The notes beneath the pieces were generated by a model. That model was not told where the DNA came from, made no database searches, and saw only the letters and a list, made by a program, of their open reading frames with translations. Shown here piece after piece: positions 17,731-27,509 of a stretch of 32,000 nucleotides of DNA. The position numbers and the translations under genes are program-made. Source of the stretch: Candidatus Omnitrophota bacterium (GTDB taxonomy: Bacteria; Omnitrophota; Gorgyraeia; Zapsychrales; JANLHA01); NCBI GenBank assembly GCA_963662715.1, contig OY759724.1:3120001-3152000 (forward strand), given 5' to 3'. Position 1 is the stretch's first letter. The number at the start of each line of letters is the position of its first letter.

Positions 17731-19292
17731 TTTATCCAGACATTGACCAGTTTCTAAAACTCACGCAGAAAGGGAATCTCATCCCTGTTTACGAAGAAAT
17801 CCTCGGAGACCTGGACACGCCGGTATCGGCTTATTACAAACTCGAGAATAAATCCGGGTATGCTTTTCTCCTGGAGTCTGTGGAAGGAGAGGAGAAAGTG
17901 GCGCAGTTCTCCTTTCTCGCGTCACATCCGGAAAAGGTCATTCAGTCGCGCGGGCGCGAGATTCAGATCCTGGACCTTCAAAAGAAAACAACGCATAAAG
18001 AAACATTTTCAGCCCGGGAAACTCCTCTGCGCTTTGTCCGCCAGATGATGAGTCAATATAATTTTGTCAACATTCCGGGGCTGCCCCGTTTCTGCGGAGG
18101 GCTTGTGGGGTATATCGGTTATGACACGGTCCGGTTCTTTGAACACCTGCCCAATAAACCCCAGAATGATGTCGATCTCCCGGATCTGTTGCTTGTTCTG
18201 GCAAAAAGTCTTGTTATTTTTGACCATCTGAATCATAAAATAAAGATCGTTCACTGTGTTCACATTAATCAACACGAAAGCCGTGAGACAAAGATCAAAG
18301 CCTATCATGACGCCATTGAAAAAATACAAGAGATCATCCGGGAACTCAAAAAGCCGTTCAAGACGGAAAAATATCCCGCAAAAGTCAAGAAAGAATCCCT
18401 GAACGTCCGTTCCAATATGTCACAAAAAACATTTGAAAAAATTGTCCGGGAAGCGAAGCGGCAAATCCGGGCCGGGGAGATTATCCAAGTTGTGCTTTCG
18501 CAAAGATTCGAAGTTGAAACACGTTTATCCCCGTTTTATCTCTACAGGATGCTGCGGGCCCTCAATCCTTCTCCATATATGTATTACCTTCATTTCAAAG
18601 ATGTGGCTATTGTGGGATCGTCCCCGGAACTGCTGGTACGGTGCGAAGACGGGGTCGTGGAGACCCGCCCGATTGCCGGCACGCGTCCCCGGGGCAGGGA
18701 TGAAAAGCACGACATGCTTCTGCAGGAAGACCTTCTAAAGGATCCCAAGGAAAAAGCAGAGCACATTATGCTTGTGGATTTGGGACGCAATGATCTGGGC
18801 CGGGTTTGCCAGCAGGGCAGCGTTGAACTCTCGGAGTTTATGGCCATAGAAAAATATTCCCATGTTATGCATATCGTGTCTAATGTTAAAGGTAAACTCA
18901 GGAAAGGCAAGGATTCCCTGGATGTCCTGGAAGCGGCTTTCCCGGCCGGCACGGTTTCCGGCGCCCCTAAAATCCGGGCTATGGAAATTATTGATGATTT
19001 GGAAAACGTGGCCAGAGGCCCTTATGCCGGGTGTATCGGGTATTTCAGTTTTTCCGGCAACCTTGATTCCTGTATCACCATCCGCACGATCGTTGTCGTG
19101 AAAGACAAGGCCTACATTCAGGCCGGGGCGGGTATTGTGGCGGATTCTGTCCCTGCGCGGGAATATAAAGAGACCATGAATAAAGCTAAAGCTCAAATCT
19201 TAGCTATTGAGGAAGCTCATAACATTTGGACGAATGATATAACACAAAAACGTAAAAAGAGTCGTGCTGACGATAAAAAGGAGGAAGACTAA
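17727..19292 (+). CDS. trpE: Anthranilate synthase component I-like chorismate-utilising enzyme
   Basis: The N-terminus [23 protein letters not shown] and the motifs LLES and NPSPYMYY (Trp-site motifs of TrpE) are present, as are [33 protein letters not shown] and AGAGIVADS. PabB cannot be formally excluded. The last ~20 aa form a charged tail. Confidence 0.8.
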   Translation: MIYPDIDQFLKLTQKGNLIPVYEEILGDLDTPVSAYYKLENKSGYAFLLESVEGEEKVAQFSFLASHPEKVIQSRGREIQILDLQKKTTHKETFSARETPLRFVRQMMSQYNFVNIPGLPRFCGGLVGYIGYDTVRFFEHLPNKPQNDVDLPDLLLVLAKSLVIFDHLNHKIKIVHCVHINQHESRETKIKAYHDAIEKIQEIIRELKKPFKTEKYPAKVKKESLNVRSNMSQKTFEKIVREAKRQIRAGEIIQVVLSQRFEVETRLSPFYLYRMLRALNPSPYMYYLHFKDVAIVGSSPELLVRCEDGVVETRPIAGTRPRGRDEKHDMLLQEDLLKDPKEKAEHIMLVDLGRNDLGRVCQQGSVELSEFMAIEKYSHVMHIVSNVKGKLRKGKDSLDVLEAAFPAGTVSGAPKIRAMEIIDDLENVARGPYAGCIGYFSFSGNLDSCITIRTIVVVKDKAYIQAGAGIVADSVPAREYKETMNKAKAQILAIEEAHNIWTNDITQKRKKSRADDKKEED

Positions 19293-19541
19293 ATGGAAGT
19301 TCGCATTCGACTGCAAAAAGCAGGTGCCAAAGCCAAAAAACGCTACAATTACCGGATTGTTGCCATGAACCAAATTGCGACAAGACAGGGCCGGGCTCTG
19401 GAGATTCTGGGTTATTATGACCCGGCAAAAAATCCGGCCACTATTTCCATCAATAAGGAAAAGTTGGAGAAATGGCTGAATAAAGGCGCCCAAATGACGG
19501 ATACTGTTAGATCCTTGGTAAAAAAAATCAATAAAGGTTAA
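19293..19541 (+). CDS. rpsP: 30S ribosomal protein S16
   Basis: MEVRIRLQKAGAKAKKRYNYRIVAMNQIATRQGRALEILGYYDP is the S16 signature. The ATG immediately follows the trpE TAA. Confidence 0.93.
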   Translation: MEVRIRLQKAGAKAKKRYNYRIVAMNQIATRQGRALEILGYYDPAKNPATISINKEKLEKWLNKGAQMTDTVRSLVKKINKG

Positions 19542-19618
19542 TATTTCGCCCTTTTGTGTTTAAACACAAAAAACCGATGAAATTCACCCTGAACCTGATT
19601 TAACGAAAGGTTATCCTT

Positions 19619-19897
19619 ATGCCCATGGAATCAACAGCGAGCCCGTTTACCCAAATGGTTCCCTTTATTCTCATTGCTATGATCTTTTACTGGATTGTTT
19701 TCAAGCCGGAAAAAGAAAAACAAAAGGAGAAAAAGGAAAAACTGGCAAATCTGAAAAAAAATGATCAAGTGGTCACGATCGGAGGCATCCACGGGACCGT
19801 GGTGAACATAAAAACAACGACGGTTGTCCTGCGTGTTGATGATAACGTTAAATTCGAGGTTGACAAGGAGGCCATCGCGACCATCAGCGAAAAATAG
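19619..19897 (+). CDS. yajC: Preprotein translocase subunit YajC
   Basis: It has a single N-terminal TM helix, then FKPEKEKQKEKKEKLANLKKNDQVVTIGGIHGTVVNI, which is typical of YajC. It lies directly upstream of secDF. Confidence 0.85.
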   Translation: MPMESTASPFTQMVPFILIAMIFYWIVFKPEKEKQKEKKEKLANLKKNDQVVTIGGIHGTVVNIKTTTVVLRVDDNVKFEVDKEAIATISEK

Positions 19898-19924
19898 CTA
19901 CGTATAAAGAGGAGAGAGGAGATC

Positions 19925-22126
19925 ATGAGTAAAAATCTTAAACTGCGGTTGCTTGTCGTGGTAGGCGTTATAGCAGCGTCTTTGTATTTTGCCTTACCAT
20001 TGGAAGAAAAAATAAACAAAGGGCTCGACCTTGCAGGAGGGATGCATCTTGTTCTGAAAGTCGACACGGAAAAACTGGATGAAGAAGCCAAGAAAGACGC
20101 CGTGGTCAGAGCGATTGAGATTTTACGGAACCGTATCGACCAGCTCGGCGTGGCAGAACCCGTCATCCAGCGCCAGGGAGAGGAACAGATCATCGTCCAG
20201 CTGCCCGGGATAACAGACCGCGCAAAAGCCAAAGAACTCATCGGAACCGTCGCCCAGCTGGAGTTCACCATGGTCAGCGATAATGCCGCCCTGTTCAAAC
20301 AGGCCATGGAGAATGAAGAAAACGTCCCGGAGGGTTATGAGTTAAAAAAGATAAAAGGGAAAGAAGAGTTTATTTTGCTGCACGCGAAACCTTCGCTGAC
20401 CGGGGATAAGATCAAGAATGCCATGGTGGATTTCAATCAGGCGGCTTTCGGAGAACCGCAGATCAACTTTACGCTTAACGGCGAAGGCGCCAACACTTTT
20501 GCCAAACTGACCCGGGCCCATGTCAATGACCGGCTGGCGATCGTTCTGGACGGGGAAGTCCTGTCGGCCCCGAATATCAGCGAACCCATATTAAGCGGAA
20601 AAGGGGTTATCACCGGTCAATTCTCGGTTGAAGAAGCGTCTCTTTTGGCTTTAGCGCTACGCTCCGGGTCTCTGCCTGCCCCCATGCATGTGGAAGAAGA
20701 ACGGACGATCGGCGCCCTCTTGGGTAAAGACTCCATTAAAGCGGGGAAAACAGCCACTCTTATCGGCGGTATCGCCGTCTTGGCTTTCATGCTGATCTAC
20801 TATTGGAAAGCCGGGATCATTTCCGATATCGCCTTACTGATCAATCTCGTTATTATCGTCGGCGTCATGGGCGCGTTTAATTATCTGCTCCCCGGCTCCA
20901 AGGTCACGTTAACGCTTCCCGGGATCGCCGGTATCATTTTAACCATGGGTATGGCCGTTGATGCCAATGTCCTTATTAATGAACGCATCCGGGAAGAGAT
21001 TTTAAACGGCCGGCCGATGCGAGCCGCTGTCTCCAACGGCTTTAATAAAGCTTTTACCGCCATTCTGGACTCAAATTTAACGACTTTGATTGCGGCTTTT
21101 ATGCTCTTTCAGTTCGGCTCCGGCCCCATAAAAGGCTTTGCCGTGACCTTAACCATCGGTCTGTTATCCAGCCTCTTTACAGCCGTTTTTGTCACCAGGA
21201 CATTGTTCTTGGCTCTCATTGAAATGAACATGCTGAAATCACTGCCGATGGTCAAAATTCTGTCTAATACAAACATCAATTTTGTTTCAAAGCGTTATCT
21301 GTGTTTTATTTTGTCCGCTATATTGCTGGGTGTCGGGCTCTTTCATTTCTTCCAAAAGAAAGAGGATGCCTACGGGATAGATTTTGCCGGCGGGCAAGTT
21401 CAGGAATACCGGTTCCAGAAACCGGTCGACGCCCAGACTCTCAGGGACATGTTCACGGCCAGCGGGATCGAGGATATCGTTATTCAAGGCTTTGAAAAGA
21501 CCCCCGAAGACATTATCATCCGCTCGGCGCAGGACACAGACACCGCGGTCATCCGCGTTTTTCAGGAACAGATGCCTGACAACTCCTTTGAGATTTTAAG
21601 GATAGAAAAAGTCGGGCCTATCGTGGGAAAGGCTTTAAGAAAACGGGCCATCCAGGCTATCATCTTTGCCCTGGGCGGGATTTTAGTTTTTGTCGGCTTC
21701 CGCTTTCACCATTTTGATTTTGCCACAGCCGGTGTTATCGCGCTCTTGCATGACGTGCTCATCACTTTGGGGCTCATCGTCATGATGGGCCGGCAGGTCG
21801 ACTTGCTGGTGATCACGGCCCTTTTGACCATCGCCGGTTATTCTATCAACGACACGATTATCATTTATGACCGCGTCAGAGAGAACACCAACAAGCTCCG
21901 AAAAACCAAACTCAAAGACATCCTGAATATGAGCATCAACCAGACTCTGAGCCGGACGCTCTTGACGACGGTGACAACCCTCATTGTCGTCGTCTCTCTT
22001 TATATTTTCGGGGGCGAAGTCCTTAATACATTCGCGCTCTGTTTGCTCATCGGATTCATCGCCGGTACTTATTCGACAATTTTTATTGCTACGCCGCTGG
22101 TTCTGGCCTGGCAGAAAAATAATTAA
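19925..22126 (+). CDS. secDF: Fused protein-export membrane protein SecD-SecF
   Basis: 733 aa. The SecD-type start is KGLDLAGGMHLVLKVD, followed by a large periplasmic domain and six TM helices. A SecF-type module begins around GIDFAGGQVQEYRF, with six more TM helices. Confidence 0.9.
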   Translation: MSKNLKLRLLVVVGVIAASLYFALPLEEKINKGLDLAGGMHLVLKVDTEKLDEEAKKDAVVRAIEILRNRIDQLGVAEPVIQRQGEEQIIVQLPGITDRAKAKELIGTVAQLEFTMVSDNAALFKQAMENEENVPEGYELKKIKGKEEFILLHAKPSLTGDKIKNAMVDFNQAAFGEPQINFTLNGEGANTFAKLTRAHVNDRLAIVLDGEVLSAPNISEPILSGKGVITGQFSVEEASLLALALRSGSLPAPMHVEEERTIGALLGKDSIKAGKTATLIGGIAVLAFMLIYYWKAGIISDIALLINLVIIVGVMGAFNYLLPGSKVTLTLPGIAGIILTMGMAVDANVLINERIREEILNGRPMRAAVSNGFNKAFTAILDSNLTTLIAAFMLFQFGSGPIKGFAVTLTIGLLSSLFTAVFVTRTLFLALIEMNMLKSLPMVKILSNTNINFVSKRYLCFILSAILLGVGLFHFFQKKEDAYGIDFAGGQVQEYRFQKPVDAQTLRDMFTASGIEDIVIQGFEKTPEDIIIRSAQDTDTAVIRVFQEQMPDNSFEILRIEKVGPIVGKALRKRAIQAIIFALGGILVFVGFRFHHFDFATAGVIALLHDVLITLGLIVMMGRQVDLLVITALLTIAGYSINDTIIIYDRVRENTNKLRKTKLKDILNMSINQTLSRTLLTTVTTLIVVVSLYIFGGEVLNTFALCLLIGFIAGTYSTIFIATPLVLAWQKNN

Positions 22127-22128
22127 GG

Positions 22129-24033
22129 ATGTTCCGGTCGATAAAACTGTATGTTGAGCAAAGCATCGATATTGATGAGGTCCTGCAGGAACTTTCAACC
22201 TTTCAATATCGCAGGGTTAAAACGGTTTTCACGGAAGGGGAATTCGCCTTCCGGGGAGAAGTTCTTGACATTTTTCCCAGCCAATTTGACAGCCCGGTCA
22301 GGATCGCCCTGAACGAAGACCGTATCCGTTTTATCGCCAGTTATAACATCCGTTCCGGCCAGAGCATTTGGAAACATAATATTGTCTTTATCCTGCCCTG
22401 TAAAAAGAAAAGGCCGACCCCTTTTACAACGGACACCCCTTTAAACCATTTTGTCGATATCCGTAAAGGCGATTACGTGGTGCATAATCACCACGGTATC
22501 GGCCGGTTTCTCGGCATTAAGCCGGTCGAAATCAATAAACAGCGTAAAGATCATCTCATCATTGAATACCGCGGAGGAGACAAGTTATTCATCCCCCGGC
22601 ATGACATGCATCTTGTGCAGAAATACGTCAGCTTTCAGAAAAAACCGCCCCGCCTCTATAAACTCGGATCAAAAGAATGGAAACGGGTCAGGACTCAAAT
22701 GCAGAAAAGGCTGCAACGCTTTGCCGCCGAGTTGCTGAGACTGCAAGCCGTGAGAACGAGCCTGCGGGGCTTTGCGTTCAGCAAAGACCATGAATGGGAA
22801 AAAAGTTTTGAAGAGTCGTTCCCTTTTGACGACACCCTGGACCAAAAGAGAGCCGTAGCCGACGTCCGGAAAGATATGGAGGCCGACTATCCCATGGACC
22901 GGCTGTTATGCGGGGATGTCGGATTCGGGAAAACGGAGGTGGCTTTGCGGGCCGTTTTTAAGGCCGTGCTCAGCAACAAACAAGTGGCCGTACTCGTCCC
23001 GACAACCATTCTGGCGGAGCAACATTTCTATAATTTTTCGCTGAGAATGCAGGATTACCCTGTTCAAATCGCCATGCTCAGCCGCTTCAGGACCAAACAG
23101 CAGCAGGAAAAAATCATTCAAGGGCTTGCCCAAGGAACCGTTGACGTTGTTATCGGAACCCACCGGCTCTTATCCAAGGATATCTGCTTCAAAGACCTGG
23201 GGCTGGTCGTCATTGATGAGGAACAGCGTTTCGGGGTGAGAGCCAAGGAGAAATTGAAACACCTGAAACTGATCGTAGATGTCCTGACCTTAACAGCCAC
23301 CCCTATTCCAAGGACCCTTTATATGGCCATCTCCGGAGCCAGGGACATGTCTGTTATATCGACACCCCCTCAGAACCGTACTCCTGTTTTAACGCATATT
23401 GTGGAATTCGATGAAAATTTAGTCAAATCGGCCATGGAACGGGAACTCCGCAGAAAAGGGCAGGTTTTTTTCTTGCATAACCGTGTTGAAGATATTGATA
23501 AAATTGCTAAAATAATACAGCGGCTGGTTCCGAAAGCCAGACTTGCTGTCGGACACGGACAAATGCCGGCCAGGCAGCTGGAAGATGTCATGCTGAAATT
23601 TTTAAAAGGGGTCATTGATATTTTAGTCTGCACAACAATCATTGAATCCGGCATTGACATCCCGAACGCGAATACGCTTATGGTCAATCATGCCCATCGT
23701 TTTGGTTTGGCGGAACTGCATCAGCTACGGGGACGTGTGGGGCGGTTCACGAACCAGGCTTATGCTTATTTTTTTATCCCTTCAGAAGGGGGCATATCAA
23801 AAGTCGCCCAGGCACGGTTGCAGGCTTTGGAAAAACACAGCGAACTCGGCGCCGGCTTTCAGATCGCTTTTGAAGATTTGCAGATCCGGGGAGCCGGCAA
23901 TCTATTAGGAGAGGAACAAAGCGGATACATTTCTGCCATAGGGTTTGATCTCTACTGCCGTCTGCTGAAGGAATCTATTGAACACCTAAAACCAGACAAG
24001 GAAAGGCATGTGTGTGAAAAAAATACAGTTTAA
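22129..24033 (+). CDS. mfd: Transcription-repair coupling factor, compact form (634 aa)
   Basis: A remnant of the UvrB-homology region is present (GEFAFRGEVLDIFPSQFDSPVRIALNEDRIRFI). It also has the CarD/TRCF RNAP-interaction motif (GDYVVHNHHGIGRFLGI) and SF2 translocase motifs (GDVGFGKTEVA, VIDEEQRFG, LTATPIPRTL, QLRGRVGR). It ends shortly after GFDLYCRLLKESIEHLK. Confidence 0.8.
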   Translation: MFRSIKLYVEQSIDIDEVLQELSTFQYRRVKTVFTEGEFAFRGEVLDIFPSQFDSPVRIALNEDRIRFIASYNIRSGQSIWKHNIVFILPCKKKRPTPFTTDTPLNHFVDIRKGDYVVHNHHGIGRFLGIKPVEINKQRKDHLIIEYRGGDKLFIPRHDMHLVQKYVSFQKKPPRLYKLGSKEWKRVRTQMQKRLQRFAAELLRLQAVRTSLRGFAFSKDHEWEKSFEESFPFDDTLDQKRAVADVRKDMEADYPMDRLLCGDVGFGKTEVALRAVFKAVLSNKQVAVLVPTTILAEQHFYNFSLRMQDYPVQIAMLSRFRTKQQQEKIIQGLAQGTVDVVIGTHRLLSKDICFKDLGLVVIDEEQRFGVRAKEKLKHLKLIVDVLTLTATPIPRTLYMAISGARDMSVISTPPQNRTPVLTHIVEFDENLVKSAMERELRRKGQVFFLHNRVEDIDKIAKIIQRLVPKARLAVGHGQMPARQLEDVMLKFLKGVIDILVCTTIIESGIDIPNANTLMVNHAHRFGLAELHQLRGRVGRFTNQAYAYFFIPSEGGISKVAQARLQALEKHSELGAGFQIAFEDLQIRGAGNLLGEEQSGYISAIGFDLYCRLLKESIEHLKPDKERHVCEKNTV

Positions 24034-24961
24034 ACTCATCATCCTGGCATCATTCTGGCTGTTTTCGTGGCATCCCTTATGCCCGGTTGAAGCGACAGAG
24101 GACGCCATTATCGCCGTCGTCAATGACGACATCATCACGTTAAAAGACCTGAGAGATTATGTCCAGTCTTTTGTCACACAATTAAAAATGGAAGGGCGTA
24201 CCACCAATACGGACATCAACCTGATAATAAAAGACATGGAACAAAACGGCATTAATCGTCTTATTGAGGATAAACTCATCCTTTCGGAAGCGAACCGTAT
24301 CGGGCTGGAAGTGCGGCCGGAAATTGTCGACCAAAAACTCAATGAGATCAAGCAAAGTTATAAATCTGAGAAGGATTTTCTTAATGCCCTTTTGGCGGGA
24401 GGGGCCACGATCTCGGAGTTAAAACAGAAACTGACTGATCAATTTAAGATCAAATTTATGGTTGACCGGGAAGTCAAAACAAAAGTCGTCGTCAACCCGC
24501 AGGAAGTCACGGATTACTATAAAGAAAACTTTGAGTCTTTCCAGCAGCCGGCTAAAGTGAAACTGCACTCCATCTATATCCCTAAAGAAGATGACGACCG
24601 AACGGCGCGGGAACTGGCCAAAAATATATTGCTGCAAATTATTGAAGGCAAAGATTTCCAACTCCTGGCCGACAAGTATTCTCAAGGTGCGCCCATAGGC
24701 ACCATTGAAAAAGGGCAGGCTCTTCCGGCCATTGAAAACGCCGTTTTCAAGCTGCAAAAAGGCGAAGTATCAAAAATCATAGAGTTGGACGACGGACTGT
24801 ACATCTTTAAAGCCACTGAACACGTTCCCAAGCAGATCGCAACCCTGGACCAGGTAAAAGATCAAATATCAAAAACCCTTTTCCAGAAAAAATTTAAAGA
24901 ACGCTTTCAGGACTGGATTCAGGAACTGAAAAAACAGGCTTATATTGATATTAAAAGTTAA
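24008..24961 (+). CDS. SurA/PrsA-like periplasmic chaperone with parvulin-type peptidyl-prolyl isomerase domain
   Basis: It has a signal-like N-terminus, a SurA_N-like segment (IIAVVNDDIITLKDL...) and a rotamase-like segment (VKLHSIYIP...GKDFQLLADKYSQG...GEVSKIIELDDGLYIFK). It sits immediately upstream of pdxA-rsmA, as surA does in E. coli. An alternative GTG start lies at 24014. Confidence 0.7.
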   Translation: MCVKKIQFKLIILASFWLFSWHPLCPVEATEDAIIAVVNDDIITLKDLRDYVQSFVTQLKMEGRTTNTDINLIIKDMEQNGINRLIEDKLILSEANRIGLEVRPEIVDQKLNEIKQSYKSEKDFLNALLAGGATISELKQKLTDQFKIKFMVDREVKTKVVVNPQEVTDYYKENFESFQQPAKVKLHSIYIPKEDDDRTARELAKNILLQIIEGKDFQLLADKYSQGAPIGTIEKGQALPAIENAVFKLQKGEVSKIIELDDGLYIFKATEHVPKQIATLDQVKDQISKTLFQKKFKERFQDWIQELKKQAYIDIKS

Positions 24962-25039
24962 GCTTCGCCTTAAGCCATAAGGGATTTATTTTACCGCGCA
25001 TTCGCACTCCCCGGCATTTGCAAAAACAGTCAGGTGTTC

Positions 25040-25999
25040 ATGGCCGCAAAAAAAGAAAAGACAATAGGAATCACGATGGGTGATCCGGCCGGTATCGGTC
25101 CGGAAATCATTGCAAAGACCTTGCGGACATCCGCTCTCCGGCAATGCGGGAAAATTCTTATCATCGGGGACAGTTCCGTTTTCCAGCGCTATCAGACAAA
25201 ATTTCCCGGCAACTGCACCTTCCTGGACCTTAAACTGCTTGCTAAAAATGCTGTCCGGCCAGGCCGGGGGGACGACGTGGCGGCCCGGGCGTCGCTGGGG
25301 TATTTACATAAAGCTGTTCAGCTCTTGCAAACAGGAACAATCCATGCCTTGGTCACAGCTCCGGTCAGCAAAGAAAACATCAGCGCCCTGGGGCATTTCT
25401 TTCAAGGGCACACCGAGTTTCTCGCGCAAGCCTTCCGCTGCCGACATGTCGAGATGATGTTCGTGGCCAGGAATCTCCGGGTCATACTTCTGACGAGGCA
25501 CATCCCGATCACGCAAGTCAGCTCTATGATTAACAAAAAATCCTTATTAAAAACCATCCGGACGGCGCATGCAACTCTACTGCGCCACTTCAAGATCAAA
25601 AATCCCCGCATTGCGGTATGCGGGCTTAACCCCCATGCCTCCGAAGGAGGGAGGATCGGGGATGAGGAACAGCGGTATATTCAACCGGCTGTCTCCCGGG
25701 CCCGGGAAGACGGCATCAACGTCAGCGGCCCCTTTGCGGCCGATACACTTTTTGCTCCGCATAACTCAAAGAATTTCGACCTTATCATTGCCATGTATCA
25801 CGACCAAGGCCTGATCGGGATAAAATCCCTTTATTTTGATGATCTCGTCAACACAACCATCGGGCTTCCCTTTGTAAGGACATCTCCGGCCCATGGAACA
25901 GCCTTCAATATCGCGGGGAAAAATAAGGCTCACCCGGGCTCCTTATTGGCGTCCATTAAATTAGCCGCGCAATTGATGCGTGCCGGGATGAAAAAATGA
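25040..25999 (+). CDS. pdxA: 4-hydroxythreonine-4-phosphate dehydrogenase
   Basis: IGITMGDPAGIGPEII, GHTEFLA, MYHDQGLI and TSPAHGTAFNIAGKN motifs are present. ATG at 25040 is preferred over the GTG at 25034. Confidence 0.9.
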   Translation: MAAKKEKTIGITMGDPAGIGPEIIAKTLRTSALRQCGKILIIGDSSVFQRYQTKFPGNCTFLDLKLLAKNAVRPGRGDDVAARASLGYLHKAVQLLQTGTIHALVTAPVSKENISALGHFFQGHTEFLAQAFRCRHVEMMFVARNLRVILLTRHIPITQVSSMINKKSLLKTIRTAHATLLRHFKIKNPRIAVCGLNPHASEGGRIGDEEQRYIQPAVSRAREDGINVSGPFAADTLFAPHNSKNFDLIIAMYHDQGLIGIKSLYFDDLVNTTIGLPFVRTSPAHGTAFNIAGKNKAHPGSLLASIKLAAQLMRAGMKK

Positions 26000-26808
26000 T
26001 GGGAAAAAAGCCCGCTAAAGATTCGGGAAGAGGGCCCTGGCACCCCCAAAAGCATTTAGGGCAGAATTTCCTTATTGATAAAAATATCATCCAAAAAATT
26101 ATTGCCGCCTGTGCCTTTCAGGAGGAGGATCATGTGCTTGAAATCGGACCGGGACACGGGGCCTTGACCCAGCACATTGCTCCGCGGGTCCAAAGCCTGT
26201 TGGCCATAGAGGCAGATGCCCGGGTCTGCGAAACTTTAAAACCTGTTTTCCCGCAAAAGCATGTGCATATCATCAACGCGGATTTCCTGAAATTCGATAT
26301 GTCTTCGCTGCCATCCCCATTAAAAGTGGTCGGGAACCTGCCTTACTATATTTCATCGCCCATTCTTGAGAAACTGATGTCCTGCCCCAATTCTTTTTCT
26401 GATATCTTTATAACCGTACAGCATGAATTCGGGAAAAGGCTTACGGCTCATCCGCATACAAAAGACTACGGATCTTTAAGCTGCTTTGTGCAGTATCATG
26501 CCGAAGCGCGGAAACTTTTCCTCATCCGGCCGTCCTGTTTCCGTCCCGTGCCGAAAGTCATGTCCTGCTTTCTTCACTTATCTCCCCGGGAAAAAATCCT
26601 TTCCGCTAAAGAGGAAGATATCCTTTTTAAAATTATCCGTACGGCTTTCCAACATAGACGCAAAACCATCATTAATGCCTTATCCGATTATGATGACAAA
26701 CAGCGATTAAAAGATATCTTCCACAGACTCAATTTCAATATCAAGGCGCGTCCGGAAAACTTCACCCTGCAGGACTACTGCAAAATAGCCAAAGCCTTCG
26801 GAGAATAA
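25996..26808 (+). CDS. rsmA: 16S rRNA (adenine1518/1519-N6)-dimethyltransferase
   Basis: HLGQNFLIDKNIIQKII, the SAM motif VLEIGPGHGALT, and NLPYYISSPIL are present. It has an ATGA overlap with pdxA. Confidence 0.9.
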   Translation: MMGKKPAKDSGRGPWHPQKHLGQNFLIDKNIIQKIIAACAFQEEDHVLEIGPGHGALTQHIAPRVQSLLAIEADARVCETLKPVFPQKHVHIINADFLKFDMSSLPSPLKVVGNLPYYISSPILEKLMSCPNSFSDIFITVQHEFGKRLTAHPHTKDYGSLSCFVQYHAEARKLFLIRPSCFRPVPKVMSCFLHLSPREKILSAKEEDILFKIIRTAFQHRRKTIINALSDYDDKQRLKDIFHRLNFNIKARPENFTLQDYCKIAKAFGE

Positions 26809-26899
26809 AAATCCGTTCTGTTTTATCTTTTCAAATCCATAAAAAATCGTAGAAAGCAGGGGATATTTTACGGCTGATATTCCGAAGAAAAAAGGATGC

Positions 26900-27352
26900 C
26901 TAATGGGGAGGGGAGGAAGGGGAAGTTTTTTCTGAAGAACCGCCCGGGCGCCACCCTTCAAACCAGTGTTGCACAAGGTCCTTCTTTTTGAACTCAAAAG
27001 CATATTTTAAAATCGTATCCTGAATATCCAAAGTCGTGTCGTCAAAACTGATTCCGGCCAGGTTTCCGTAACCTGAAACACGACTCCACGCCACATGCCC
27101 TTCAACTTCGACGGCTTTTGCCTCGGTTAAATAGATCGTCAGTTTGACTTTCTGATCAGGTTTGAGCTGCTGGCGCATAACGAGACAAGTCCCGGCGCAA
27201 CTCAGATCCATACTCCGGCATTCTAAAGAATCAAAATTCTCATCATAACGGCATAAAACTCTATTATTAACCTCCCAGCGGGGCAGATATCTTTTCTCTG
27301 GGCCGGTGAATTCAGGTGATTGGGATTGCGTATTTGGGCTTGTATTTTCCAT
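26900..27352 (-). CDS. Stand-alone PilZ domain protein (predicted c-di-GMP receptor)
   Basis: 150 aa containing both halves of the PilZ signature: RYLPR (RxxxR) near the N-terminus and DLSCAG (DxSxxG) about 30 aa later. A beta-rich segment follows, and the tail is Ser/Pro-rich. No purine-rich RBS precedes the ATG. Confidence 0.75.
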   Translation of the reverse strand: MENTSPNTQSQSPEFTGPEKRYLPRWEVNNRVLCRYDENFDSLECRSMDLSCAGTCLVMRQQLKPDQKVKLTIYLTEAKAVEVEGHVAWSRVSGYGNLAGISFDDTTLDIQDTILKYAFEFKKKDLVQHWFEGWRPGGSSEKTSPSSPPH

Positions 27353-27480
27353 AAATATATATTATATATTAGTTTACAATTAACAGTATTTTTCTTTTAT
27401 TTATTCATAATTTACCATTTTTTCTTAATATATGCAAGAGAATGAGGAAAAATATTATTTTTTAATTCATATTCTAAAGC

Positions 27481-27509
27481 TTGACATGGCTTAAGATTAA
27501 TGATAAAAG
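27481..27509 (+). promoter_or_regulatory. Candidate promoter for the thioesterase gene
   Basis: Exact TTGACA (27481-27486), a 17-nt spacer, then TAAAAG (27504-27509) with TG at 27501-27502. Manual match in a very AT-rich region. Confidence 0.35.

Noticed and set aside
19552-19571. 20-nt perfect palindrome ttttgtgttt/aaacacaaaa after rpsP, considered as a terminator.
   Set aside because: The stem is almost entirely A-T, with two G-C pairs. On the plus strand it is followed by A residues rather than a U-tract. It may have some function, but it cannot be called an intrinsic terminator.
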